Shown here in pieces: positions 1-11,785 of a DNA stretch of 38,651 nucleotides (the first letter of the stretch is position 1; every line of letters begins with the position of its first letter). The translations under genes were made by a program, and so were the position numbers. Below the pieces are notes generated by a model. That model was not told where the DNA came from. It did not search any database and saw only the letters and a list, made by a program, of their open reading frames with translations. Origin of the DNA: Octopus bimaculoides (taxonomy: Eukaryota); contig NC_068983.1 of the NCBI RefSeq assembly GCF_001194135.2, forward strand, positions 25,879,379-25,918,029, written 5' to 3'.

Positions 1-53
1 TATGGATATATTCGTATACACAAATGTATTTATATAAATATATACTTATAGAT

Positions 54-88
54 ATATATAGATATATTTATATATACACACACACACA

Positions 89-147
<59 letters not shown>

Positions 148-270
148 ATCTGAGTGTATGCGTGTGAGTGTGTAACCGTGTGTGTGTATGTGCGTGTGAG
201 TGCATGTAGGTGTGTACACATATATGCATCGAGAAAAGAGAGAGACAGAGAAAGAGAGAGAGAGAGGAGG
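54..270. repeat. Compound dinucleotide microsatellite (TA)n/(CA)n/(TG)n/(GA)n
   Basis: Directly visible runs; they account for ORF-track entries 30..335 and 68..319. Confidence 0.95.
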
Positions 271-597
271 GAGAATCGTGAAGTAAAAAAAATGATATGA
301 TTAAGTAAAATGTCCTCAAGTGGAAGGAGAGACATGAATAAATATTTGAAAGACGGAAAGGTAGAAAATGACGCTCAGAAAATAAGTTAGTTGTAGAAAT
401 TTGTATCCTCTTGGGAATTTCCCAGTGTGATTATGTGGTTTGTAATCTAATATTCTTAAATATATTCAGGAAAATCAACTACTTCAGCTTGTGTTTTATA
501 CGTTCGTTTTGTTTTTACCAATATTTTGCGTGTATAACTTAAAGTTATTAGACACGTAAAACCCGAAATTTTCTCTCCGAAATTTTAGATGAAAGCA

Positions 598-1076
<479 letters not shown>

Positions 1077-1133
<57 letters not shown>
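1077..1133. repeat. (AAT)n array shared tail-to-tail by two retroposons
   Basis: Directly visible; it is the tail of 750-1076 (+) and of the SINE at 1138-1337 (-). Confidence 0.9.
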
Positions 1134-1134
<1 letters not shown>

Positions 1135-1137
1135 TAA

Positions 1138-1337
1138 TCCTTTCTACTAAAGACACAAGGCCTGAACTTTTGACGGAGGGTACTAGTCGATTACATCGAC
1201 ACCAGTGTTTCGGTGGTACTTAAGTTATCGACATCGAAACATTCCTTGGCGGATTTTGTAGTTAGGACGTAACGGTAAACCACATACGGCTAATCATTTC
1301 GCCCGGCGTGCTAACGATTCTGCCAGCTCGTCACCTT
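1138..1337 (-). mobile_element. tRNA-derived SINE family 1 (head AAGG..GAGCTGGCAGAATCGTTAGCACGCCGGGCGAAATG), internally deleted
   Basis: The reverse complement aligns with the in-window copies at 3614-3836 and 8841-9065; it has an (ATT)n tail. Confidence 0.85.
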
Positions 1338-1355
1338 CATAATAATAATAATAAT

Positions 1356-1564
1356 ATATTCAGACAAATACATAACAAAAACACCAGGACTTACAAATAT
1401 ATATAACATACAGAAAATTGCACTACTGGGTACTGCACACATTCTACGCAAAACACTTTCAATACAGTAAACATAAGAGCACCACAGCAAACCACAGCAC
1501 ATACCCAAGGCGCACAGAGCTGCGCTCGGTAGTGAAGTGAAAGCACGTTATAAAAATAAAACTA

Positions 1565-1567
<3 letters not shown>
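1356..1567 (+). mobile_element. R4/Dong-like RLE LINE, 5'-truncated 3' end (young subfamily)
   Basis: Encodes YSDKYITKTPGLTNIYNIQKIALLGTAHILRKTLSIQ* plus 3' UTR. It is 212 bp identical by eye to 3371-3582 and is flanked by (AAT)n on both sides. Confidence 0.9.
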
Positions 1568-1616
<49 letters not shown>

Positions 1617-1618
<2 letters not shown>

Positions 1619-1740
1619 CCATTCTAATGTATGCCAAAAACTTGGAATTTTGAATTTTGTGGGGACTCCGAAATAATGAAAGGCAATGTAAAGACGGAAG
1701 GAATACCGCTAAGCATCACCTGCTAAGCATCGTCCGCCTT
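1617..1740 (-). mobile_element. SINE family 1, heavily deleted copy
   Basis: Retains the AATACCGCTAAGCAT and CCGCCTT head remnants and a tail-proximal segment abutting (AAT)n at 1568-1618. Confidence 0.55.
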
Positions 1741-1824
1741 AGAATCAACACTAACAACAGCAGCAGTAGCACTAGCAGGAGCAACAACAACAACAGTAAC
1801 CATCGTAATTTGCATATCGATAGA

Positions 1825-2115
1825 ATCTACAAAGCTATAACATATTTTCCTACAACCTACAAAGCCAAAATGCAAGAATTTTGCAGAGAATGAGGTAATA
1901 TTTAGAAGAAAACAACCTAGTTATTGAAAGAAAGAATGGATGCTGTCAAGAATAATTGGCAAACAGGTTTTCAGCAACAAACAAAAGAGTGTATTGGAAA
2001 ACTAAAGGCCATCCCCATTAGAAGAATATTCCAAACAGCTTCGCTATTTCTCCACTCGTTTTCTCTCTGGACTTACGTATTTAACTGACATGCTAAACAA
2101 AACTGGGATGGACAG
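1825..2115 (+). pseudogene. Degenerate R4/Dong-like reverse-transcriptase fragment
   Basis: Frame-hopping motifs KAITYFPTTYK (1831-1863, ~RPITCLPTxYK), YLEENNL..ERKNGC (~EEQKGC), and RIFQ..S.SPLVFSL..LTDMLNKTG (~IFQGDSLSPLLF). Confidence 0.6.
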
Positions 2116-2139
2116 GTGACAGTGAAAGCTCAACAAGAT

Positions 2140-3058
2140 TGAATGATGAAGAGAAAGAGATTCTAGATATGTTGCGCTATAAAATGCGAGGGGTGAACAA
2201 TAAAGTACCAGAACATGTAAGACAAAGGAAAAGTATATGGACAAAGGAAAAGTAAGGAGAGCCATAGGCAACATAAATCGCGTTTTGAGCTGTGCTAAAA
2301 CAGAGAACGTTAGTGAAACAAACCAAATAACCATAGGTGCTGTTAATGTTGTAAATTACATAATAGGGATACAAGTGAAAGATTGCTGAAGAAAAGAAAG
2401 GGAAAGAAAAAAGGAACCACACTGAAGAAAGAGAATACGAATGAAATTCGAAAAGACACGGAGAGAACTAAGGCGTTAAATAGGATAATGAGAGGACAAC
2501 GCATGAATTAAGTAGTAATCTGAAAGTTTTAATGGGTAGTACAGGTAAGATGAAAGAGTAATGGCGTTAAAGGCCAAATTGAAACGATATGATGCTAAAT
2601 GCGAAGGTTTTGAGCATAACAGATTGCTTCAAATGAAATAGTAAGCTTCGTTTTGAGGAAATAGAGGGATAGCAATTTAAGTGATTCATCATGTTGAAGA
2701 AAGAAGGTAAAATATTTGGAAAACTTCGGAACAGGACAGCATGTCATACAGAATGGGCAGAGTGGCTGACACAAGTGGATGGAACTTCCAACTGTGCTAG
2801 GACAAATGGACGTTAGAACTGATCTGTATTCAATGAGACTGAAGTTTAAAAAATAGCAAATTGAAAAGGACAATGCCCAGATGGAGTACAAGCTAAAGAA
2901 TTTTACATAGTTGCATGAAAGGATGGTTGCACACCTTGATGGATGAAACTCGTCTCTACCTGGATGACAAGTGGACGAAAGTTGTTTATCTCCCAAGGAT
3001 TCTTTGAAAAGCAAATTGTTATCAACATTTCCGACCTATAACCTGTTTATCACTTAAA
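2140..3058 (+). pseudogene. Degenerate N-terminal half of an R4/Dong-like ORF, ending at RT domain 1
   Basis: Motifs KEPH*RKRI (2411-2440), MALKAKLKRYD (2561-2593), AEWL (2757-2768) and FRPITCLSL (3029-3055) are in R4-clade order, with many stops and frameshifts. Confidence 0.7.
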
Positions 3059-3073
3059 AACACAATCACACTC

Positions 3074-3094
3074 ATAATAATCATAATAATAATG

Positions 3095-3153
<59 letters not shown>
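3074..3153. repeat. (AAT)n array
   Basis: Directly visible. Confidence 0.95.
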
Positions 3154-3155
<2 letters not shown>

Positions 3156-3582
3156 ATTAAGGCAAATAGACCAGATATAGTTGTCAAAGATCATGAAGGA
3201 AAAAAATGCCTTCTAATTGATGTTTCAATACCAGCAGATGACAACGTTTCTCTAAAAGAAATGGAAAAACTTTCAAAATACAAAGACCTGGAAATAGAGA
3301 TAACTCGAATGTGGAATCTAAAAACAGAAACAATTCCTATCATAGTAGGTGCCTTAGGTATAATAAAAAAATATTCAGACAAATACATAACAAAAACACC
3401 AGGACTTACAAATATATATAACATACAGAAAATTGCACTACTGGGTACTGCACACATTCTACGCAAAACACTTTCAATACAGTAAACATAAGAGCACCAC
3501 AGCAAACCACAGCACATACCCAAGGCGCACAGAGCTGCGCTCGGTAGTGAAGTGAAAGCACGTTATAAAAATAAAACTACTG
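3154..3582 (+). mobile_element. R4/Dong-like RLE LINE, 5'-truncated, with an uninterrupted restriction-like endonuclease C-terminus (frame 3156-3485)
   Basis: Open frame IKANRPDIVVKDHEGKKCLLIDVSIPADDNVSLKEMEKLSKYKDLEIEITRMW...VGALG...LLGTAHILRKTLSIQ* carries the PD..D..K RLE signature. (AAT)n lies on both flanks. Confidence 0.92.
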
Positions 3583-3613
3583 AATAATAATAATAATAAT
3601 AATAAAGAAATAA

Positions 3614-3836
3614 GATACGTTAGTACGCCGGGCGAAATGCTTAGCGGTATTTCGTCTGTCTTTATGTTCTCAGTTCAAATTCCGGCGAGTTCGACTTTGG
3701 CTTTCATCCTTTCGGGATCGATAAATTAAGTACCCGTTGCGTACTGGGTTCGATTTAATCGACTGCCCCACTTCGCCCCCACACAAATTTCGGGCCTTGT
3801 GCCTAAAGTAAAAATGATAATAATAATAATAATAAT
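3614..3836 (+). mobile_element. SINE family 1, slightly 5'-truncated, with (AAT)n tail
   Basis: B-box-like AGTTCAAATTCC and central CTTTCATCCTTTCGGGATCGATAAATTAAGTACC; aligns with other in-window copies. Confidence 0.85.
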
Positions 3837-4383
3837 GAACAGCCAACCAATATGCCAAGCTACAGGCCCAATGATTTCTGGTTAATGTTCACACCTGTCA
3901 ACGTCTCCTATTCCTGTGGAGTAATGCCAATCAACTCGATTCACTTGTGCCCGACAATATCACAGTGACGACATACGCAAGCACTGATCTGCATCATATT
4001 TTTCACGGGATCCCACTCAAAACCTCCAACTAGAAGCCTTCAGAACTTACTTATAATATTAGAATGGATAGCAACGAAATTTAAAAAGTTAATTGATTGC
4101 AGATGATAAATTTGTTTATTACTTCTATCGTAATTGGCAGAAACTGATAACACGCTGGCTGAAGAATACTGAATATACAGCAAGGTGTCATCTTATATGC
4201 TGCAAGAATACCAAGAAAGCTTCTTGAGAATTGAAGACACTTGTTATCACAAAATCTCAAAGAATAACACCCCTGCTAACTAAATAAGTAATATATCACT
4301 ACTACCACTGCTACCGAACACAATATAATTTAGTACTGCTGACATTCTATAATACATTTAGATTGTAAAGGCAACGTTTATTG

Positions 4384-4576
4384 GTTTCAAATTTTGGCAA
4401 AGGCTAGTAATTTCAGAGGAAGTGGGTAGTCAAGTACATCGGCATCTGTGCTCATTTTATCGAATCCGAGAGAAGGAAATACATAGTTGAATTTGACGGA
4501 ATTTAGGCCAAAAGAGTAACGACGGTCGAAATGCATTTTACCCGGCATACTAACAATTCCACCAGCTCACCGCATT
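4384..4576 (-). mobile_element. SINE family 1, old diverged copy
   Basis: Remnants TTTTATCGA, CGAAATGC and CTAACAATTCCACCAGCTCACCGC match the reverse complement of the family head. Confidence 0.6.
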
Positions 4577-6291
4577 AAAGGCTCCATTTCTTGAACATAC
4601 TTTAATACATTCCATGTATTAAGGTGTTTGTTTTTTTTATTTTTATAAATTTTACTTTAAAATGAGTAAAAACTGCAAATATATTTGAGAATGGTTGGGA
4701 TTAATCTTCAGGCAAGAAAGCTAATTAAATAATCTACTAGATTAACGGTAATGTATTAATTCTTTCATGTGATTTTGTTTTGCTTGGGCTGGAGTAAATA
4801 ATCAAAATTTGACAAAGATGTTATTGAAAAAACCGTGAACTTGTAGAAGAAAAAATATCTTTCTGAATGAGTAACGTGCTTGCTGTTCGTCCAGAATTTT
4901 ATTTTTCACTTGACACAATGTAAAAAGGTCCAAACAAAATGCGTGGGAACGTGACTCTAATTCTCCAATGTCACAAAATTTATGAAATATAAATTCATTT
5001 CTATAAAGTAAATTTTGCCTGACCAGAATTATACACACTTACCCTCCCATGTTTACACACATGCACGCATACACATTCAATCATACATATATACACGCAT
5101 GTATATAATAGGGGTCGGGGTTGATATTTTACATAATGGCATAAAATAATAGAGGTAAAGACACACACAAATGCAAAAGAGGCACATATACACACATGCC
5201 TATACACATGCATACATGCATTATACATATATATACATATTTGAATATGTAAATATGTGTGTTTGGATGTGAGTGAGAGAGACAAAACGGGAATTTATCT
5301 CTAAAGTCGATTTTCGTTTTTTTCGTCAAGTTATAGAATAAAACTGTGAAAACACACTGTCACATACACACGTGCGTATTAATATCTTTAATGTTGTTAC
5401 GGTCATATAACATCGGTTGGTGTAAACCAACTCATGACGAAGAGAAACAAAGGAAAGCAAGTCATAGTTTAGATAGCCTACGACCCAACAAAATTATGAG
5501 TGTCTGTTCTATCTTTGTATAAATTTACTAAATATAGACGGTGCTGATGGATAAACCACCGACTCGTTTGTTAGCGTACTACGGTAATCATCAATATCAA
5601 ATTTAAATTTTAAAAAAGGTAAACCTGATATTTAATTCGGAGACACACAGACATGTGAGGTAGGAGCTGATGCAAATTCTAGAGCTCGTAAAAATTTTAG
5701 TCAAGTTAAAAGAAAAACACACACACACACAACAGTTAAACGTCGACACCCACACAGATGTATTCATAAATAACGCAATATCACGTACGACCCCTACAAG
5801 ATATCTATAGTTTTATTTTTTTAACGTATTCGCTCATTGGGCTTCAGTTCTGCTTGAACAACATCTTAAAGGCTGTAGTCGTTCATGTGAAAACGAATAC
5901 CAACTGCAGTGTTGTGTTTATTTTATCACTTTTTGTTGGTCGAACCAGAAACATACGGAATATAAGACGATAAATCATATACAAGTATTTTTTCCTCCTA
6001 GATTACTGTAAATATAAACAGACACAGATATGCGTATCATGTGAATATATGTGTGTAAATTTGAATTTCACTCTGCATATGTGTATATACATATGAATGT
6101 ATTTATGTATGTATGTATGTATGAATGCATGTGTGTATGTATATTTGTAAGTTATATTCTAGTTATATGTTTTTTGTGTATAATTACCTTTAGAGTGAGC
6201 TTTGAAGATACGAATGCATATTTCGCCTAAAGTGTGTAGGATAACCCTACTTACATGCATACCTAAGTTGATTTATATACATACAAATGTA

Positions 6292-7052
6292 TAGGGTGCG
6301 GTAGATATATTATCGTCTAAATTACGCAAAAATGAAACTGACACTGACACCTCATTTTAACAGATATATTTAGCAAAATTTCATTAAACATATCTCGAAA
6401 TACTAAAGTGTAGATATATTCAATAAAATCACCATTGGCTTCAACCACAGCCTCCAGATGACTTCGGAATCTTTTAAAACTCCGCTGGAAGGTCTCCTTG
6501 TGTAAGTTGATGAATGCTGCCGTAATCCTTGCCCCACACATAATAATCAATGGGGTTGCAGAGTTAGGTGGCCAGATGTTAGGGGTGATATTGTCGCAGA
6601 AATTCTCTGACAGCCAATAACTATGTTCTGCTTGTGTGACATATTATAGAGTCCTGTTACTAGACATACAGTCTTCCAGCAGCCACCGTCTTGACTCAGG
6701 ACAACGCTAACTCCACAAGGTACTTGATGTAGGCCACCGTGTTGAGTCTGAGGCCGTGTGGGAAGGTGAATGAAGGCATAATGTCACCATCATTAGTGAT
6801 CACTCCAAACAACATAATGTTGATTGGATGTTTGATTTTTATCACTCTCGGTACAGGTTTTGAGTACACAGCAAGCCAATCGTTGTTCTTTGTGTTCACC
6901 AACTGATTCTGGCGAAATTTTTTTCGTCTGAGAAAAGCCAAAGCATGTTCGTTTGGAAGGGGATGCTTGTGTTTGTGGAAAAGTGTCGTAGCACGGTCTT
7001 TGCGCTTGTCCGTGACGGCTTGGGATAAAAATTGGCCCTTTCCATCTATTTT
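6292..7052 (-). mobile_element. Tc1/mariner transposon relic of DD37D (maT)-like type; 3' end with terminus, 5' part missing
   Basis: ORF 6696-7097 has KGQFLSQA...KHPINIMLFGVITNDGDIMPSFTFPHGLRLNT. Frameshifted QDS..CHTSR and ITPNIWPPNS..NPLDYYVWG follow, then C-terminal RFRSHLEAVVEANGDFIE (6317-6550). The terminus TA|TAGGGTGCGGTAGAT is at about 6290. Confidence 0.8.
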
Positions 7053-7262
7053 TCTTTTACTTATTTCAATCATTTGAGTGTGGCCATGCTGGAACACGGC
7101 CTTTTATTTGAAGAAATCGACTCCTGGACTTATTCCTTCTTAATTTTGGTGTTTATTCTATCGAATCCTTCTGCCGAACCGCTAAATTACGGCAACGTAA
7201 ATACACCAACATCGGTTGTCATGTGATGGAGGGAGGGGACAAACGTAAACGCAAATACACAA
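7053..7262 (-). mobile_element. SINE family 2, 3' half
   Basis: Aligns with the complete copies at 19671-20149 and 24061-24467 (GGCCATGCTGGA...CATCGGTTGTCA). Confidence 0.8.
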
Positions 7263-7266
7263 ACTA

Positions 7267-7332
7267 AGGTCAACCTTCTTTTTCTGTCGGTCGATAAAAT
7301 GATATTGCAGTGCTAGGGCCAACTGTATCAAC
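7267..7332 (+). mobile_element. SINE family 1 central-domain fragment
   Basis: GGTCAACCTT...GGTCGATAAAATGA...CTAGGGCCAACTGTATCAACT resembles 3690-3770. Confidence 0.4.
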
Positions 7333-8200
7333 TAAATTCGTTCTATCAAAATAGTTGCCCTTGTGCTTAAATTAGAAAGAGTTGTATTTCGAGGAGGTAA
7401 ACGCGTTTTGTCAAATTCTCAGAGGTCTTCAATTATTACAATGTGAAAATATGTGGGAAATCATTTTACGTTGCAAAAATTTGAAGCAGAGAGATAAGGA
7501 TATAGTTAAATGTATTATATTATCCCAGTTTAAGTTAGGAATAATAATATAATTTGCAAATGGAAATGCTCTTTTATAACGTTAGTAAACAACCAAATTT
7601 ACGATAGCTTGTAAAAACGTTCACCAAAACATTTGGACGAAAACAAAATGATTTATAGAGAGCAAACGGGAAAAAAAAGAGGTAAAAACATTTAAATCCT
7701 CTACACAATATCTTCAGTTCACCACAAAAAAAAAAAAGAGAGAGAAATAATTCATTTGAAATAGAAAATAACAAGAAAAGTGATAAAAGCAAAAGTAGTA
7801 GCTATAGTATGAATAAACAATTTGAAATAGAAATAATGTTTTTCGTCTCCAGCTTTAATGGAGCGATCCTTAATAGACAAATCGGTACGAAATAGTTATG
7901 GGTGTATTGGGGGCAAACCGATTTAATTAAAGGGTCAAACGGGGAAAGCCCATGGTTAATCTCACCCGACACAGCTTTTGGATACATATTTCTCCGTTCA
8001 TGTCTTTTACTTACATTCACCTTACAAATACTGCGTGTTTTAATTAATAACTATTTACATATAAAATCTAATATATCCTTATATTGTGTATAAAAAGACT
8101 ATTCTTGAGCATATAAGTCATTTTGAAATTTATTGAGAGTTTCATTTTCAACAGTTTGAATAACTTTTAATACTAATTGTTATCTTTAAATATATATTTG

Positions 8201-8449
8201 TTCTTTTCCTTTTCTTTTATTTGTTTCAGTCATTTGATAGCGGGCATGCTGGAGCGCTGCCTTTCATTCGAACAAATCGACCCCAGGACTTATTCTTTGT
8301 AAGCCTAGTACTTATTCTATCTGTCCCTCTTGCCAAACCGCTAAGTTACTGAGACGTAAACACATCAACATCGGTTGTTAAGCGATGGTGGAGGAAGGAC
8401 ATACACACACCCATATATATATACACATATATATATATACACACACACA

Positions 8450-8528
<79 letters not shown>
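8201..8528 (-). mobile_element. SINE family 2, 3' half running into an expanded (CA)n(TA)n tract and an assembly gap
   Basis: Aligns with the complete copies; the head probably lies inside gap 8529-8821. Confidence 0.8.
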
Positions 8529-8840
8529 NNNNNNNNNNNNNNNNNNNNNNNNNNNNNNNNNNNNNNNNNNNNNNNNNNNNNNNNNNNNNNNNNNNNNNNN
8601 NNNNNNNNNNNNNNNNNNNNNNNNNNNNNNNNNNNNNNNNNNNNNNNNNNNNNNNNNNNNNNNNNNNNNNNNNNNNNNNNNNNNNNNNNNNNNNNNNNNN
8701 NNNNNNNNNNNNNNNNNNNNNNNNNNNNNNNNNNNNNNNNNNNNNNNNNNNNNNNNNNNNNNNNNNNNNNNNNNNNNNNNNNNNNNNNNNNNNNNNNNNN
8801 NNNNNNNNNNNNNNNNNNNNNTATTATTATTATTATTATT

Positions 8841-9065
8841 AAAGACAGTGCGCTGGCAGATTCATTAGCGGTATTTCGATAATTCTTAGCGGTATTTCGC
8901 CCTTCGCTATGTTCTGAGTTCAAATTCCGCCGAGGCGGACTTTGCTTTTGTTCCTTTAGGGGGTCGAATAAATAAGTGCGAGTTGAACACTGGGTACGAT
9001 GCAGTCGATTCATCCACTCCCTGAAAATTGTTGCCTTTGTGGCAAAGTTTGAAACCATTATTATC
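8841..9065 (+). mobile_element. SINE family 1, full length
   Basis: Head GCGCTGGCAGATTCATTAGC, B-box-like AGTTCAAATTCCGCC, central GGGGTCGAATAAATAAGT, (ATT/CAT) tail. Confidence 0.8.
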
Positions 9066-9092
9066 ATCATCATGATCATCATTATTATTATT

Positions 9093-9294
9093 CAATAGTT
9101 TTATTTTTATCACGTGCTTTCACTGCACTACCGAGCGCAGCTTTGTGTACTTTGGATATGTGCTGCGGTTTGTTGTGATGTTCTTAATTTCAGTATTGAA
9201 AGTGTTTTACGTAGGAAGTTTGCGGTGCCTAGTAGTGTTATTTTCTGTATGTTATATATGCTTGTAATTCCTGGTACTTGTAAGCCCTGGTGTC
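9093..9294 (-). mobile_element. R4/Dong-like LINE 3' end, diverged member of the 1356/3371 family
   Basis: Minus-strand PGITSIYNIQKITLLGTANFLRKTLSI plus a homologous 3' UTR; (ATT)n on both sides. Confidence 0.88.
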
Positions 9295-9310
9295 TATTAT
9301 TATTATTATC

Positions 9311-9377
<67 letters not shown>
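9295..9377. repeat. (ATT)n array
   Basis: Directly visible. Confidence 0.95.
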
Positions 9378-9378
<1 letters not shown>

Positions 9379-9785
9379 GTGTTTGAAAATGCATAACACA
9401 TACAAGAAATACATGCATTTTCGAAGATATACAGAAAATTGTTTTGGATGAAAAAGAGCTTTGCCAGAAATGGCATGATATGCAAATCTATTTTCTGGAA
9501 TGCCTCCATATGTCTCATTTTATTTGATTTGCCAATGACATTACGGAACTTGTTATGCGTTCCTGCTGTTGTACTAAGCTCCATATAATCATAGACAAGG
9601 TTAGGAAAATGGTATTTGCTGTCATCACTAGAAAGTTTTATCAAAAACCTGGACATTAGCATGAAATATATTGCAAGCCCTTGTCATGTGAGCATCAAAG
9701 AGGTAGTGATTAAAAATATATTGGACAGAACAAAAAACAGAAATAAAAATAGTAAACAATGAGACCATATTATTAGATAGCCTGA

Positions 9786-9877
9786 GAGAGGGAGAAGAGA
9801 GAGAGTGAGAGAGAGAGAGAGAGAGAGAGGGGGAAAGAGAGAGAGAAAGAGGAAGAGAGAAAGAGGAAGAGAGAAAG
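9786..9877. repeat. GA-rich microsatellite with a duplicated GAGAGAAAGAGGAA unit
   Basis: Directly visible. Confidence 0.85.
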
Positions 9878-10039
9878 ATTATATGTTTTAGGCATTTAAT
9901 TAGTACCACATATAACAGATAGAAAAATGAAAGGCTAAAGAGGAGGGACAGATCCAAGGATGATGTAGATATATTAATGCATCATAAACTAGATCATAAA
10001 TCAGTGAAGATATAAGGAAAAACAAAGAAATATAGATGA

Positions 10040-10175
10040 TTGTGGTGGTGTTCGTGATAGTGATGATGGTGTTTGTGATGGTGGTGATGATCGTGTTGGT
10101 GGTGGTGATGATTGTGTTGGTGGTGGTGGTAATGACGACGACGACGACGATGATGATGATGATGATGATGATGGC
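10040..10175. repeat. Compound trinucleotide repeat (GGT/GAT/GAC)n
   Basis: Directly visible. Confidence 0.85.
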
Positions 10176-10877
10176 GAATACTATGATAATGTTAATCTTC
10201 TAACAGCCATCTGTTGTTTTATTCAATAGCTTTCTTGGTGTAATTCCTGAATTTTCTTAGATATGTTGCCAAGTGTTTATTATAATTTGTTATTGCTAAG
10301 ACTTTAAATTGTAGATTAGTACACTATCGTAATTTGTTTAATAAAAATCGAGCCAAACTTATTAAGAAACTTACCGGTATATCTATATGCTTCGGATCCG
10401 CAGTATTTCTGCGTTTTTATTTTATAAGATACGCGGTTGCTCACATGAGTACCAGAAAGATTTCTACAAAGAAGTAGAACTTCGATGGCTAGCTTTTCTA
10501 CGACATTGTGTCTTAAATATATTATATCTATATTTCTGTAGCATATCTTGATTCAATGCAGGTGAAGTTTTCTCATTTCTAGAGTAAAATCTTTAGATAT
10601 TCGTCTCACAAATCCACTGTATTAACAACTTATGTCGCAAATGTTATTGCATAAATTGTCCTTATGTAAGCTGCATTTGTTTAGCGAAGCATTCACCAGT
10701 ATGTACGTATGTACGTACGTACGTACGTATGTATGTATGTATGCATGTATGTATAAATGTATGAATGTGTGTATGTCTGCATGTATGCAAATATTTCCTT
10801 ATATTTCTATCTATCAATCTACCTATCTATTCATCAATGTATCCACATGAGTTGTTTACGTATGTATATATATCATC

Positions 10878-11095
10878 ATTTATTTGTTTCAGTCATTGGA
10901 CTACAGATTTGCTCGTGCATTGCTTTTAAGGTTTTTAGTCGAACAAATTGACCCAGTACCTGTCCTTTCAAAAATTCTATACTTATCCTAAATATATCTT
11001 TAGCCGAACAGCACAGCTATGTTCATAGGATACATCAAACAAGTACTAGTTCTAAAGCCTACGGTGACAAACACAAAGCACACATAGACACACGC
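10878..11095 (-). mobile_element. SINE family 2, old 3' half
   Basis: TTTGTTTCAGTCATT...TTTAGTCGAACAAATTGACCCAG...GCCGAAC...ACAAACAC aligns with the complete copies. Confidence 0.65.
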
Positions 11096-11096
11096 A

Positions 11097-11163
11097 CTCT
11101 CTCTCTCCCTATTTCTCTCTCCCTCCCTATTTCTCTCTCTCTCCCTATTTCTCTCTCTCTCTC
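11097..11163. repeat. ~18-bp pyrimidine unit CTCTCTCTCCCTATTTCT x3
   Basis: Directly visible. Confidence 0.85.
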
Positions 11164-11351
11164 AAACACATACACACGCATAAACACATGCACACAAATA
11201 TATGCAATGGAAACATCTAGATGACGCTATTTGTTTTCCACTCACCAAAGTGAATGGACCTTGGGGCAAGAGAAACTTATGTCAATCAGATGATATGCAA
11301 CGAGTACCGTAACATTCTCTTGTTGGCAGAAGAGATTAGCGCGCATGTGCC

Positions 11352-11352
11352 C

Positions 11353-11408
<56 letters not shown>

Positions 11409-11410
11409 CT
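11352..11410. repeat. (ATCT)n tetranucleotide microsatellite
   Basis: Directly visible. Confidence 0.95.
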
Positions 11411-11785
11411 ATACATATATATATTTCATGTTGAGAACAATTTAGGTCTTTTTAAACACAAGATGTGATCTATTTCTAGCGCATTGAATGTCCACGTTAG
11501 TGGTCAACGTCGTATATATATATATANNNNNNNNNNNNNNNNNNNNNNNNNNNNNNNNNNNNNNNNNNNNNNNNNNNNNNNNNNNNNNNNNNNNNNNNNN
11601 NNNNNNNNNNNNNNNNNNNNNNNNNNNNNNNNNNNNNNNNNNNNNNNNNNNNNNNNNNNNNNNNNNNNNNNNNNNNNNNNNNNNNNNNNNNNNNNNNNNN
11701 NNNNNNNNNNNTATATATATATATTTATATATATATATATATACACATATATTTTTATATATATATATATATATGCATACATAGT

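Noticed and set aside
3845-4040. Possible I/Jockey LINE C-terminal zinc-knuckle remnant (HLCPT, TDLHHIF)
   Set aside because: The motifs are too short and spread over different frames to support without a search.
7840-7890. Possible 32-nt plus-strand exon (TTTTTCGTCTCCAG...CG|GTACGA)
   Set aside because: Isolated, with a weak donor and no neighbouring exons; it cannot be supported without RNA-seq.
9420-9700. Protein-like plus-strand text (DIQKIVLDEKELCQKWHDMQ...) and minus ORF 9375-9662
   Set aside because: In-frame stops, no recognisable family and no convincing splice-site pair.
10395-10425. Hairpin plus T-run resembling a bacterial intrinsic terminator
   Set aside because: The context is eukaryotic, the stem is only 5 bp, and there is no upstream gene.
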